Assembly: GCA_963422375.2 (NCBI GenBank)
Contig: OY729428.2
Coordinates: forward strand, 448,001 to 512,000
Source of the DNA: Bryobacterales bacterium
GTDB taxonomy: Bacteria; Acidobacteriota; Terriglobia; Bryobacterales; UBA6623
Direction: 5' to 3'
DNA length: 64,000 nucleotides
Part shown: piece after piece, positions 1 to 14,095 of the stretch
Layout: every line of letters begins with the position of its first letter
How positions within the stretch are numbered: position 1 is the first letter of the stretch
Notes under the pieces: model-generated
What the model was told of the DNA's origin: nothing
Seen by the model: only the letters and a program-made list of their open reading frames with translations
Databases searched by the model: none
Position numbers and translations under genes: made by a program

Positions 1-187
1 GGATGGTGATTCGGGGCGCGGAACTGTCGAGCAGCAAGACCTGGTGATTGCAGCTGCTTCACTGCTCGGCGCGGGCCGAGGCGGCAGCAGCTCCGCGAGC
101 CACGAGCAGGACAGTGTATTTCGCGCTCCGCGCGGCACCGCAGAGGGTGGCGGCTGAGACAGGCGCATCAAAGATCTCGGGGCGCGA

Positions 188-3100
188 TTAGAGACCCGCC
201 TGCAGGTACGCGATGACGTCCGCAATCTCTTGGTCGCTCAAGGAGTCTTCCAACCCTTCCGGCATGAGCGATACGGACGATACGCGAATATCTTCGACGT
301 CGCTCTTCAGGACGGTGACGTCTTCAAGCTCGCCGCGCAGGGTGACCGTCGCGGCGGACTCGGCCACGAGGATTCCATCGAGAAACCGACCGTCACGGGT
401 CTGGAGCAGGTGGTTTCGATAGCGGTCTTCAATCGAGTAGCTCGGGTCGAGGATGCTGGTGAGCAGAGTTTCCTTGCTTCGGTTGCTAACTCCGGAGAGG
501 TCCGGCCCGATTCGCCCACGGGTACTGCGACGCAGATGACAGGAGGCGCACTCGCGCTCGAACGCGCCTCTGCCACGGCTAGGATCCGACCGCAGATCCA
601 GGGTCGGCATGTGGGCCTCAACCACGCGGTCCCTCGCGTCGACGAGCAGTTCGAGACGGCCTGCAACACGGACTCTGACCTCGGCGTCGGGATGATTCTC
701 CAGTCGAATTCGAGTAACGGCGGGAATCAGTTGCGGCTGGACGCGGCCGTCCTCGATCGCGTCCGCGAGTGCCAGCGCGTGGTCGCGGCGTCTCATGAGC
801 GATTCTGCCACGGCGCCACGGACAGCCGGGTCGTAGCGCCTCCAGCCGGCAAGCAGCACCGCGGAAGCGGCCGGGCCGGGGAATGAAGCAATGGAAAGCG
901 CTGCCTCCGACCTGATGGCGGTCCGGCCCGGCCCCTGCAGCACAGCATCGAGGACCTCGACCACATCCTCGAACAAGCCGCCCCGCAGAATCCGAATCGC
1001 CGCGAGACGCCGGTCCACCGGGAGCTGGGGATTCGCGGCATCCAGGATTGCCCGGCGAATCCCAGAACGCAGTTCGACGCGTTGCGCGAGTCGCGCGGCG
1101 ACGTCGCGCACCGGCTCCGATGGATCGCGAAGCAACAGTTCCACGGCTTGGACAACCCTGCGAGCCGTGAGGCGACGGCCCTTGTGGAGAGAGAAGCCCT
1201 CCGCGACGCCTTCCAGTACCGCCACCCTGTATTCCGGCAGGTCAAGAATCTCGGCCGCCGATGCAATCTCCAGCAATCTGCCGACCTCCGGGGCCAGGAA
1301 CCTGGCAGCGATCAGGAACGCGAGATCCCGGAGCAGCACGCTCTTCGGGCGCGACACCTCCTCGAATATCGCGGTGCCATCCTCAAGCAGCCAGTCGAGC
1401 AGCGGCTCGGCGAATTCCGAAGGGGCGCTCAGAACGGCCACTCGGAACCATGGATCCTCCGGGTTCCGGGACAGCACGGCCCCAAGAGCCTCGATTACCT
1501 CGGCCGACTGCGGCAGATTTCCGACTGTGAGTGCCGCTTGCAGAGCGACGCGCGGGTCGGCGTCGCGCGTGGCATCGATGGCTGCGTCCCCCAAGGCGGG
1601 CAGGAACGGCTCCGCCAGTCGCAGGGCGCTCTCGCGAACGGCAGGATGCAGGTCCCCCAGCGCACCGGAAACGATGTCCGCGTCCATTGCGTCGAGACCT
1701 TCCAGCGCCCACAGCGCATGGAGCCGGGCAGTCGGGTCGGCGGGCTCGGCAGCGACGTGCCGGAGAAGCGCGATCGTCGCCGTGTCCCGGCGCTCGACTA
1801 GGAGCCGCTGCGCCGTGCGCCGGTGCCATCCGTTCGGGTGTCCGAGCGTAGCGACCAGCTCGGCACCGCTGGCCGACCCTAGGCTGGCCCGGAGAGAGCG
1901 CACAGCTTCGGTACTGTCCGGGACGATCCGGTAGATCCGCCCGAGGGTGTCACCGGCACGGAAGTCCATACCGAGGCGCTTCTTGACGGCGTCGGGAATG
2001 AAGTCGGGATGTTCGAAGTACTGCCGGTAGTAGTCGAGCACGTAGAGATTGCCGTCCGGAGCGTTGGAGAAGTTCACCGGGCGGAACCAGCTGTCGGTCG
2101 AGGCCAAGAACTCGGACTTCTCCGGCCATCGGCTGGCCGAGTACGTTGGGCCGTCGGGAACGAGAACATCGCAATGAACTAGGTTTCCCGCCCCCTCCCC
2201 GACAAAGGCCCTCCCGACGAACTCCTCCGGAAACGAGTCGCCGAGGTAGATCGTCGACCCGCTCGAAGATGTGAAGAATCCTTCCAGCCGCTCGATCCGG
2301 CCCGGCTGCTCGCGCTCGTAGCGGGCCTGCCGAGCTGCGGTGCGATCAATCCGCCACTGCTGCGGCTGGCTCACGGGAAAGACCCGGGAGGCGGGGCGCC
2401 CATGATCGGAGACGTCCTGCTCGGTATTCTCGACGGTCAGCAGGGGATTGCGATCCAAGTAGCCCGGAGGGATCACCGTGTGCCTCAAATGCACCGTGTT
2501 GTGCGAGATGAACCAGTGGCCCCATTGGTTCCAGGACTGGCCGAACTGCGTGTCGCCGGTGGAGGCCTCCGAAAGCCCGCGAACGGGGTGAAAGCGGAAC
2601 TCGCGATTGCGGACGTTGACGGCCGGGGCGTCCGGGAAGCGACCGGAAATGATCCGGCCGGGATGCGAATGGTTCGCGACGTAGAACCAGTTGTCCAAAC
2701 CGAGCCGGGGGTTGCTAACGCGCCCTTCAACGTTTGTCAAGGCGAAGCCCGTGTAGAGAACCTCGCGCTGGTCCGCCCGACGGTCGCCGTCCAGGTCCTT
2801 GAGATAGAGAATATCGGGCGCGGCAGTCACGATCAGGCCGCCGTTCCACGGAGCCAAGCCTTCAACTGCTAGCAAGCGTTCTGCAAAGACGACATGATGG
2901 TCGATGACGCCGTCACCATCGGTGTCCTCGAGGTACTTGATCCGGCTCAGGGGTGTTTGTCCCGCGGGAGGGTCATGGGGGTTGTCAAGCAACTCGGCGA
3001 CATAGACGCCGCCGAACTCGTCGAATGCCATCTCGACGGGATCGACGACATGCGGTTCGGTGGCGAATATCTCGATCCGGAACCCCGGTGCCATCTGGAA

Positions 3101-3268
3101 TGAATTGAGGGCTTGGTCAGGGGAGAGCGGGCGTGAGGCTTGGAATCCGCACGACAGAATTCCAGCGCACCACGCGAGTGCAGCAGAAGCGATTAGGGAC
3201 ACACCGCCTCGCCAGACCACAGGCGGGGCGGGATGGAACCCTTGGCCGGCGGGAGTCGGTTCGTTCAT
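188..3268 (-). CDS. PVC-type heme-binding CxxCH protein (membrane-bound dehydrogenase-like propeller, HEAT repeats, C-terminal cytochrome c)
   Basis: N-terminal PGFRIEIFATEPHVVDPV and WFRPVN propeller motifs, HEAT-like repeats (ARLHALWALEGL), C-terminal CASCH...IGPDLS...SLMPEGLE...IADVIAYL. Start placed at ATG 3268; the ORF is open to 3322. Confidence 0.88.
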   Translation of the reverse strand: MNEPTPAGQGFHPAPPVVWRGGVSLIASAALAWCAGILSCGFQASRPLSPDQALNSFQMAPGFRIEIFATEPHVVDPVEMAFDEFGGVYVAELLDNPHDPPAGQTPLSRIKYLEDTDGDGVIDHHVVFAERLLAVEGLAPWNGGLIVTAAPDILYLKDLDGDRRADQREVLYTGFALTNVEGRVSNPRLGLDNWFYVANHSHPGRIISGRFPDAPAVNVRNREFRFHPVRGLSEASTGDTQFGQSWNQWGHWFISHNTVHLRHTVIPPGYLDRNPLLTVENTEQDVSDHGRPASRVFPVSQPQQWRIDRTAARQARYEREQPGRIERLEGFFTSSSGSTIYLGDSFPEEFVGRAFVGEGAGNLVHCDVLVPDGPTYSASRWPEKSEFLASTDSWFRPVNFSNAPDGNLYVLDYYRQYFEHPDFIPDAVKKRLGMDFRAGDTLGRIYRIVPDSTEAVRSLRASLGSASGAELVATLGHPNGWHRRTAQRLLVERRDTATIALLRHVAAEPADPTARLHALWALEGLDAMDADIVSGALGDLHPAVRESALRLAEPFLPALGDAAIDATRDADPRVALQAALTVGNLPQSAEVIEALGAVLSRNPEDPWFRVAVLSAPSEFAEPLLDWLLEDGTAIFEEVSRPKSVLLRDLAFLIAARFLAPEVGRLLEIASAAEILDLPEYRVAVLEGVAEGFSLHKGRRLTARRVVQAVELLLRDPSEPVRDVAARLAQRVELRSGIRRAILDAANPQLPVDRRLAAIRILRGGLFEDVVEVLDAVLQGPGRTAIRSEAALSIASFPGPAASAVLLAGWRRYDPAVRGAVAESLMRRRDHALALADAIEDGRVQPQLIPAVTRIRLENHPDAEVRVRVAGRLELLVDARDRVVEAHMPTLDLRSDPSRGRGAFERECASCHLRRSTRGRIGPDLSGVSNRSKETLLTSILDPSYSIEDRYRNHLLQTRDGRFLDGILVAESAATVTLRGELEDVTVLKSDVEDIRVSSVSLMPEGLEDSLSDQEIADVIAYLQAGL

Positions 3269-3989
3269 ATAGCAATATCGCTCACACGGGGCTCGGTCTG
3301 CTGGATCTGGTGGCAGAAACAAGCGCCGGCGACGCTTCCTCGATGTACCGGTGTGCGATCGCTTGCTACCTCTAGGCGAGTGTCAGCATCCGTCCGCCAG
3401 CTTGGCAATGCTACCGAGAATCCGCAAGCACCCTGTAGGCGACACCCTGTCAATCGGTAATTGCGCATGACCTCGCGATTGCACTGCGTTCCGACGCAGC
3501 CGTGTCCAATATTGGAACGGAACGCCGAATTCGGATTCGATTCGCATATCCGTAATGATAGGGAATTATATATCTGAGTGCCGACAACGCCATATCCGAC
3601 TAGAACTGCTGTGAGCAGGGAGGTGGGTGTCGAGCTGGGGTCATTCGAGTGCGGCCGCGGCGGGCACAGAGGGGTGGGGTGTGGGATCGTATCTGAATCG
3701 AGCCTGCCAGCGGATTGGACGAGGAAGGGACTAGAGAGGCCGCCTCGCATGCCCCGGTGGAACCCGGTTGGCGGTGGCAGGGCACCCCTTGCAAGCCGCT
3801 TGCAGGCCCTGCGAGGGCCGAAGACAGCGGATCCCCGGCGCTCGACGGCCTGCATGGACGGTCCGGACCGGACCGGGGTCGCGCCGGGGCATGCCGGATC
3901 CGGTGCGCCCCTCGTACCGAGCGTGCAGCGCACCGAGCGTGAAGCGCGCGCCCGCAGCGGGCTGCCGCGCTCAGCGCGGCGGGCGCCGC

Positions 3990-4935
3990 TCGGGCCGCGA
4001 CCGCGGCCTTGCCGGTCAGCTGCCGGCAGGTCAGCGTCCGGCCGACCAAGCCCCGCGCCATGCGCCGCATCCGTTCCGCCGTGTCGCAGTCGCGGTCGTT
4101 GCGCCGTCCCGCGAACTCCGTGAGGTAGCGGCCGAGATGACGGACGCTCATCCGGTGATAGGTTCCGTACAGGCCGCGCTTGAACAGGGACCAAAACGAT
4201 TCGATGCCGTTCGCATGCGCCGCCCCGCGCACGTACTCGCCGCCGGAGTGCCTGACGGCTTCGTGCGAGAACTCCGCCATGCCGGCGCAGGCCGCCGCCT
4301 CGTCGGAGCGGACCTGCGCCCCCGGCGCGCACGAAGCCCTGCAGGTCGCCCTCGGCGGTGCCCGGCAGCGGCCGCGCGGCCACTGCGTTCGTGGCGCGGT
4401 CCCGCGCCCCCGCCACCGGGGTCTTGCCGACGGGCCCGCGCCCGGCGCGGGCCTTCTTGCTCTCGTGCTGGTTGCGCTCCTTGCCGCCGACGCAGGTCTC
4501 GTCCACCTCCACCGGGCCGGCGAACGGGCCCTGATGCCGCTCCCGGCACGCGCGGATGCGGTGCGCCAGGTGCCAGGCCGACTTCCGGCTGATTCCCGGG
4601 TCGCGGTGCAGCTTCATGCTCGAGACGCCCTTGATGCCGGTAGTCAGCAGGAACAGGGCGACGGCCCGGGTGCGGTAGCCGAGCTTGGTGTCGGCCATCA
4701 CGCTGCCGGTGCGCACGGAAAAGCGCCTGCCGCAGCCACGGCAACGGTACGGCATCGAAGGGTGGGCCGTGCCGGACTGCACACTGGAGCCACGGCAGCG
4801 GGGGCACGCGGGACCGTCCGGCCAGCGCATGGAGGCGAACCACTTTTCCGCGGATTCGTCATCGGGGAACATGGCGATCACTTCGATCAATGTGATGCCT
4901 TTACGGAACCACTTTCCGGGACCTTGTTTCTTCAT
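3990..4935 (-). pseudogene. IS1595-family transposase, frameshifted
   Basis: Zn-ribbon CPRC/CRGC, VEVDET, NGIESF. Relative to copy 2, 11 bp are deleted between GGCGCG repeats at ~4329 and the stop TGA has become CGA (~3990). Confidence 0.9.
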
Positions 4936-4958
4936 TTACGGTATCACCTACTGGAACT

Positions 4959-4988
4959 ATTCTACCAAGAAACACCACAGAATGTCAA
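4959..4988 (-). promoter_or_regulatory. Putative sigma70 promoter of the IS1595 transposase
   Basis: TTGACA-18 bp-TAGAAT with a TGn extension, ending 23 bp upstream of the ATG. Copy 2 has TTGAAA at the same position. Confidence 0.6.
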
Positions 4989-5040
4989 CGGAAAATCGGA
5001 AGAAATATGAAATCTTATTATGGCTTGATAATTTCCCGAC

Positions 5041-5069
5041 TTGATTCCCTCGGCACTCAGATATATAAT
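5041..5069 (+). promoter_or_regulatory. Putative outward-facing sigma70 promoter in the IS1595 end
   Basis: TTGATT(5041-5046)-17 bp-TATAAT(5064-5069), also present in copy 2 (34580-34608). Confidence 0.55.
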
Positions 5070-5502
5070 TCCCTAATGATAGCCGGAAGGGCCCCGATGG
5101 ATCGCCCCGATGCACGGGCCTGCCTAGGCGTATTTGGAGCGGCCAAGCCCTACGACCGCGTTCTACCATGCTTCCGTCGCTAACATCGGGCAAGGATACG
5201 GGACACTGGTGACAGGTTCTCCTTTCGACCAAGGGGACCCGCATGATGGACGCTCCTCCGTTACGGGATCATCGATCCGGCTCGCCCACCCTGGATTGGA
5301 ACAGCACCCAATCTCCCCAACTGGAGCCGTCAGGCTCTCTCTCAAACCCATCCTTGCCCACTGACTAGCCCACAACCCGCGACCGTAACGGGCCATGCGA
5401 CTCTGGATCAGGGTTAACTGCTTCGAACCAGATTCGCTCTGCAGGGTCACTCTGCGGAGTGCCTGCGCTCGACCGCTCGGCCCCGAGATAGCGCACTTAG
5501 CC

Positions 5503-5606
5503 GAGTGCTCAGATGCAATCTCGTACGCGATGTTGGTGATCCGGCGCTCGAAGCTCTGGTTGTCCATGAACTGCTTGAACAGGTCGGAGTCATCGTTCGT
5601 GAATCC
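5503..5606 (-). pseudogene. Short relic resembling the C-terminus of a type I restriction R subunit (HsdR)
   Basis: Translation FTNDDSDLFKQFMDNQSFERRITNIAYEIA resembles the DDTELFKQFxDNxSF tail of HsdR proteins. No upstream body is present. Confidence 0.45.
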
Positions 5607-5911
5607 GCTTCCAGACTTGGTCACGCCCTCGGCACGGGCACGCGGGTGGAGAGCTCCCTCGCCGAGGCACACCCCGACGCCGCTCCCGAGAGCACTCGGC
5701 CGGAGCGCGCGCTTCCGTGCGTTAGTGCCGCCAGGAGAGGGGCGCGTTAGAGCGGATCGGGAGATCCAGCCGCCACGGGAAGACTCGTGTTGGCCCTGGC
5801 CTTGAGCATGATGGCGTGCCGCCGATCGATGGGTCGCGGCGCGAGACGGCCACCCTGCGCGGGCGGGCACTTGCTGGTACGCTTCAATTGGCCGCGCATC
5901 GAGGGCGGATT

Positions 5912-7135
5912 ATGGTCAAGTGGACGCGCGTTCCGATCCTGCTAGCCATCGCGATCCCTTGCTGGTCTGCCGACGCACCTGGGAGACTGCTGACCGAGGC
6001 CCAAGCCCTGCGCCTCCTGCGCGACAGCCCGCATCACCGGGAGCTGCGGGCTGAAGTCACGGTCGCGGAGGCGCGAAACCTCCGATACAGATTCTATCCG
6101 AATCCCGGCGTGATCGCGACGCTTGAAGGCGCGGGGCGCACGGACTTCTTCCTAGTCCAGCAGCCGCTCCCGTTGAACGGCAGGCGCAAGCTGTTGCGCC
6201 AAGCGGGGGAGTCGGCCGTGCGCGAGCACCAAGCGCGCGCGGAGCAAGGGCTGCGCCAAGTCGAGGCCGAACTCCGGGGCGCGTTCTATAGGCTGCTCTA
6301 CGCGCAGGAGCGCAGGGAAGCCGTTCTAAGGAGCGTGGCCGAGCTGGACGAGCTGTCCGGTCTCCTGCGGAAGCGCGAGGAGGAGGGCGAGGGGTCGAGA
6401 CTCGACGTAATCCGCGCCGAGCGGGAAGTCGCCGAGCAGGAGACCGAAGCAGCGGAGGCCGAGGCGCTGATTGCCGAAGCGCGCGCGCAACTGGCGGCCT
6501 TCCTCGGCGGGGACGCGAAGCGGGACGAATTGGTTGCGGCCGGAACGCTGGATCCCGCGTATCCCCTGCCCGCTCGCGCGGAGGCCTTGGCGCAAGGGCT
6601 CGCGTCCCGCGGCGACTACCGGAGCGAATCGGAGCGGCTGGAGCGGCTCCGCCTGGAATCCGAGGCCGCCGGGCGCCTCCGCATTCCCGACCCGGTCGTG
6701 GCGGGCGGGCTGAAGAGAGCCGACGCGGGCAACCGTCGCTTGCACGGACCCGTCCTCTCGGTGTCAGTCAGCCTGCCCGTCTTCCGAAAGGGCCAGGCAG
6801 AGAGGGCTCTCGCCGAGGCCGAGGCCGATCGAACACGCGCGAGACGCCTGGTGATGGAGAGCCGTCTCCTAGCGGAAATGCGCGCCGCGCACGACGCGCT
6901 GCGCTATCGCCGCAAGATCGCGAGCGACTACCGAGACGAGGCCGGCAGCCGCGCGGAAGCGCTGTTCGCGATCACCGAGGTCGCCTATCGGGAAGGCGAG
7001 CTGGACCTGCTGGATTTGCTGGACTCGTACCGCATCCTGCAGAGCACGCGACTCCGGATTCTGGAGCTCCGGGCCGCGGCGAAGCTCGCGGAGATCGAGT
7101 TCGACCTGACCGTGGCGAGGGAGCCGGCCCTGTGA
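5912..7135 (+). CDS. TolC-family outer-membrane efflux protein (CzcC-like)
   Basis: Signal peptide, OEP repeats (EGEGSRLDVIRAE; AYREGELDLLDLLDS), first gene of an OMF-MFP-RND operon. Confidence 0.88.
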   Translation: MVKWTRVPILLAIAIPCWSADAPGRLLTEAQALRLLRDSPHHRELRAEVTVAEARNLRYRFYPNPGVIATLEGAGRTDFFLVQQPLPLNGRRKLLRQAGESAVREHQARAEQGLRQVEAELRGAFYRLLYAQERREAVLRSVAELDELSGLLRKREEEGEGSRLDVIRAEREVAEQETEAAEAEALIAEARAQLAAFLGGDAKRDELVAAGTLDPAYPLPARAEALAQGLASRGDYRSESERLERLRLESEAAGRLRIPDPVVAGGLKRADAGNRRLHGPVLSVSVSLPVFRKGQAERALAEAEADRTRARRLVMESRLLAEMRAAHDALRYRRKIASDYRDEAGSRAEALFAITEVAYREGELDLLDLLDSYRILQSTRLRILELRAAAKLAEIEFDLTVAREPAL

Positions 7136-8682
7136 GGCGGTGCATCCCGGCGAGCCTCCTGCTGCTCGCGGCTTGCGCGGACCCGCCGCCGCCCGAGACG
7201 GGTGCCGGGCTCGAGGAGGCTGAGCAGGTCGAGGATGTGCAGGTCACGCGCTGGACCGACGTCAGCGAGCTGTTCGTAGAGTTCATCCCTCTCCAAGTCG
7301 GGCGAGCCAGCCCATTCGCCATCCACCTGACTGACCTCCGATCCTTCCAGCCAGTGGAGGAGGGCCGCGTTACGGTCCGGCTCGATCACGGGGGCGGTCT
7401 CGCGGAGGAGTTCACCGCCTCCGCGCCTTCCAGACCGGGGATCTACCTGATCGACGTGACTCCAAGCCGGCAGGGAGCACCCGCTCTGTCGATCCTTGTC
7501 CGCTCCCCGGATCTGGAGGACACCCACCACCTGCGACCAGTGACCGTGCTCGATGCCAGGAAGGGCCCGAGCGGTCCGCCGGGCGCGCCGCCGGCGGAGC
7601 CGGAAGGCCCCATGATCACGTTCCTGAAGGAGCAGCAGTGGACGCTGGACTTCGCTACCGAGGCGGTTGCGCTGCGGACCATGCGCCCCAGCCGGCTCGT
7701 CCCGGCGGTGATCGAGCCCCGCACGGGCGGGCGCGTGTCGGTGACCGCTCCGGTCGGCGGACGGCTGCTTCCCGGCGTCAGACTGCCGTCGCCGGGCACC
7801 GCGGTGCGGCGGAACGACGAGGTCGCGGCCATCGTGCCTCAATCCGTTCGCGCCCTCGACCGCAGCGAACTCCGCCTCCGACTAGACGAGGCCCGTATCG
7901 CCGTGCAGTCCGCCGAGCGGGAGCGCGCGAGGGCCCAGAGGCTGCTCGAGGCGGGAGCCGTGCCGGCCCGCCGGCTGCATGAAGCGGAGGCGCTCGAAGC
8001 CTTGGCGCTGGCGCGCCGCCGCGCCGCCGAGGATCGCCTGAAGCACTACGAGGCAACGCGACGCGACGACCCGCACGAGGCATCGCTTCCCGTGTTCTCG
8101 ATCCGCACCCACCTAGACGGGACGGTCACCTCCGTCTCGGCCACGGACGGGGCGCACGTCGAGGAGGGAGAGACGCTCTTGGAGGTGGCGGCCGCGGATT
8201 TCGTGCATGTGTCGGGCCTAGTTCCCGAATCGCAGTCCGCGGTGCTGCGGACCCTGCGTGGAGCCGAGATCGAGATGCCCGGATCCGGGACCGCCCTCCC
8301 CGCGCAGCGCCTCGTCGCCACGTCGCAGGTGGTGGATCCTGCGACGCGGACGCTCGCCGCCACCTTCCTGTTCGACAACCGCGGGGCGCGCCTGGCCATC
8401 GGCCAGGCCGTCGGCCTGCGCCTATTCACCGGGGAGTCGGTCGAAGCGCCTTCCGTGCCGAGCTCGGCCCTGGTGGAGGACGGAGGCAGGACGCTGGCGT
8501 ACGTACAGATAGCGGGCGAGTCCTTCGAGAGCCGCTCCGTGACCCCTGGCACCCGGCAGGGAACCGCAGTCCAAGTCCCCAGCGGGCTGCGCCTGGGCGA
8601 GCGGGTCGTCACCCGCGGCACCCACTCGCTGCGGCTGGCCTCGATGTCGACTGAAGCGCCGGCCCACGGCCACGTTCACTGA
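7132..8682 (+). CDS. RND efflux periplasmic adaptor (CzcB-like lipoprotein)
   Basis: LAAC lipobox, lipoyl/hairpin MFP architecture, VDPATRT motif, C-terminal HGHVH. GTG start overlaps the upstream stop. Confidence 0.88.
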   Translation: MRRCIPASLLLLAACADPPPPETGAGLEEAEQVEDVQVTRWTDVSELFVEFIPLQVGRASPFAIHLTDLRSFQPVEEGRVTVRLDHGGGLAEEFTASAPSRPGIYLIDVTPSRQGAPALSILVRSPDLEDTHHLRPVTVLDARKGPSGPPGAPPAEPEGPMITFLKEQQWTLDFATEAVALRTMRPSRLVPAVIEPRTGGRVSVTAPVGGRLLPGVRLPSPGTAVRRNDEVAAIVPQSVRALDRSELRLRLDEARIAVQSAERERARAQRLLEAGAVPARRLHEAEALEALALARRRAAEDRLKHYEATRRDDPHEASLPVFSIRTHLDGTVTSVSATDGAHVEEGETLLEVAAADFVHVSGLVPESQSAVLRTLRGAEIEMPGSGTALPAQRLVATSQVVDPATRTLAATFLFDNRGARLAIGQAVGLRLFTGESVEAPSVPSSALVEDGGRTLAYVQIAGESFESRSVTPGTRQGTAVQVPSGLRLGERVVTRGTHSLRLASMSTEAPAHGHVH

Positions 8683-8686
8683 GGGC

Positions 8687-11773
<3,087 letters not shown>

Positions 11774-12059
11774 CGGCTTCCCCGCCCCCGCCGCTCGGTC
11801 CGCGGCCCAGTGCGGACGGGGATCAGCGGGCTGCGTGGACGAGGCCCACTAGCAACGCAAGCGCGTTCAGGCTCTCGCCGGAATCCGGCGCGCCGCCAAG
11901 ACCCTCGCCTACGGGAGCGGCTCGCAACCAGCACGGCATTCCAAACGCGTCGGCCGCCCGCCCATCCCCGTCCAGCTCGATTCGCAGCACGACGGCGACG
12001 CCGCGCCCGGAGGTCGGACAGAGAGACCGCGGCCGGGTAGAATTGGCCGGGAAGCTTCT

Positions 12060-13124
12060 ATGCGCCTGACCTGTCAAGCCTGCTCGCTCCTGCTGCTCGC
12101 AACCGCCTGCAATTCCCAGCCCGCGTCCGAGGCGACAGCCGCCGATCCCCCGACGGGCGGCTACCTGTCCGGCATCCGGCAGCTGACCTTCGGCGGGCAG
12201 AACGCCGAGGCCTACTGGTCGCCCGACGGCAGCAACCTCGTTTTCCAGTCCACCCGAGGGGAGGCGGGCTGCGACCAAATCTACGTAATGAACGCCGACG
12301 GCAGCGACCAGCGCATGGTCTCCACCGGCCGGGGAGTCACGACCTGCGGCTACTTCCTGCCCGACGGCGAGACCATCGTCTACGCCTCGACGCACCTCGC
12401 GGGCGACGCGTGCCCGCCCAGGCCCGACCGCAGCAAGGGATACGTCTGGCCGGTCCATGCCGGCTACGACCTGTTCCTGACCGATCTCACCGGCTCCGAG
12501 CCGCGCCGCCTGACCGATGCCGACGGGTACGACGCCGAGGCCACGGTGAATTGGGCGACCGGCAGGATCGTGTACACCTCGATGGCGTCAGGGGACCTGG
12601 ACCTCTGGTCGATGGGCCTCGACGGGTCCGCCAGGGCCCGCCTGTCGACCGCGTTCGGGTACGACGGCGGGGGCTTCTACTCGCGGGACGGCACTCGGCT
12701 GGTGATGCGCGCGAACCATCCCGCCGAAGGATCCGCTTCCGACCGCTACGCCGAGCTGCTGGCGCAGCATCTGACCGCGCCGATGAAGATGGAGATCTTC
12801 GCCGGCCGCGCCGACGGCTCCGGCATGGCGCAGCTGACCGATTTCGGCTGCGCCAGCTTCGCCCCGCAGTTCACGCCGGACGGCTCGCACATCATCTTCT
12901 CGTCCAACCGGAACAACTGCGACAGCCGCGAGTTCGACCTGTTCCTGATGCGAGCCGACGGATCGGACCTGCGCCAGGTGACCGACTTCGGGGGCTTCAC
13001 GTCGTTCGCCGAGTTCTCCCCGGACGGTTCGCGCGTCGCGTTCGCTTCCGACCGCGACGCCCAGTCGCGCTACGAGTTCAACGTCTACGTAGCGGACTGG
13101 AACGGGCCCGGACGCCCGCGCTGA
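12060..13124 (+). CDS. TolB-like PD40 beta-propeller lipoprotein
   Basis: LATAC lipobox; repeated AYWSPDG / FTPDG / FSPDG blades. Confidence 0.85.
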   Translation: MRLTCQACSLLLLATACNSQPASEATAADPPTGGYLSGIRQLTFGGQNAEAYWSPDGSNLVFQSTRGEAGCDQIYVMNADGSDQRMVSTGRGVTTCGYFLPDGETIVYASTHLAGDACPPRPDRSKGYVWPVHAGYDLFLTDLTGSEPRRLTDADGYDAEATVNWATGRIVYTSMASGDLDLWSMGLDGSARARLSTAFGYDGGGFYSRDGTRLVMRANHPAEGSASDRYAELLAQHLTAPMKMEIFAGRADGSGMAQLTDFGCASFAPQFTPDGSHIIFSSNRNNCDSREFDLFLMRADGSDLRQVTDFGGFTSFAEFSPDGSRVAFASDRDAQSRYEFNVYVADWNGPGRPR

Positions 13125-14095
13125 ACCCCGGCGCCCGGTTTCAGGGCCGGACCTCGCGCTCGAGCGAGGCTATGCGTCCCCCAGCTGCCGGGCCTGCCTG
13201 CGCGGGAGCGCCAGCCTCTCGGCGATCGACGGAGCCACTGGCTCGGACCCTGCGCTTCCGGCGCCGGAGCCTCCCCGCCGGCCGGGGCCGGATCGTCCGC
13301 GGGCATGCGGCTTAGGTCCGCGAGCTCGAACGTGTCCTCGTAGACCAGATCCTCGCCCATCGCGAGAACGACCTTCCTGAGCTGCGGCATGCACGCCGAC
13401 TCCGCCTGGATGTAGATCGACTCCACGTACACGGGGCTCTCGCCAACGGGCGCGGCATTCATCTCGCCGCGCAGCACGCGGGACCCCTGGTGGTTCCACG
13501 GCGTGAGATCGCGGGCGATCTGCTGCTCCTGGTTGACCTGCGCCTCGATCCGGTTGGGGCCGTATACCAGCTCCTGCTTGGAGAGCTGGTAGAAGATCAG
13601 GTCGCCCAGCAGGTCGCCGCCATCCAGCCCTTCAGGTTGTCCTTGTTGGCCGACGTGAACGGCAGCATGAGCAGCAACTCGGGCTCGGTCTCGCCCGGCA
13701 CGGTGGCCACGATGCACGTGGGCTGCATCCGCTCGGCGAGTTCGGTGTCGCCGGCGAGGGTCTGGCCGACGTCCCAGACATCGTCCTTGTGTCGAAGACG
13801 GTCGGGTCCCGCATGTGGAACGTGCGGTAGATTTCGGCTTGGATGTTGAAAATCAGCTCCGGCAAGCGCACGTGCGCAAGTACCGAGGCGGGCATCGCCT
13901 CCATCGGCTGGAACAGCCCGGGCAACAGATTCGCGTGGGCCCGGATGATCGGGTCGCTGTCGTCGAAGAGGTAGGACTCTCTGGTGCCGTGATAGGCATC
14001 GACCGTGGCCTTGACGGCATTGCGGCTGTAGCTGACCTCGGCGTTGAACTGGCCCATGCGGATCGACCGCGAGTAGGGATGCGCGTGCGATGTCG
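12816..14095 (+). repeat. ~1.3-kb direct repeat, copy A (copy B at ~19433-20731)
   Basis: Covers the 3' ends of the TolB-like gene and UPF0182, e.g. CCGGCATGGCGCAGCTGACCGATTTCGG at ~12820 and ~19439. Confidence 0.9.
13141..14095 (-). pseudogene. Degenerate 3' fragment of the UPF0182 gene
   Basis: Matches residues from ~HPYSQSIR to the C-terminus of 19765-22452, with frameshifts and small deletions. Confidence 0.9.

Larger units (their letters stand above)
3561..5073 (-). mobile_element. IS1595-family insertion sequence, copy 1 (transposase frameshifted)
   Basis: Perfect 24-bp terminal IRs GGGAATTATATATCTGAGTGCCGA (3561-3584 / 5050-5073) and 8-bp target duplication TAATGATA (3553-3560, 5074-5081). 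Highly similar to the copy at 33069-34612. Confidence 0.95.

Noticed and set aside
3265..4935. 556-aa ORF as an extended transposase fusion
   Set aside because: Produced by the 11-bp deletion; comparison with copy 2 shows out-of-frame read-through beyond the IR.
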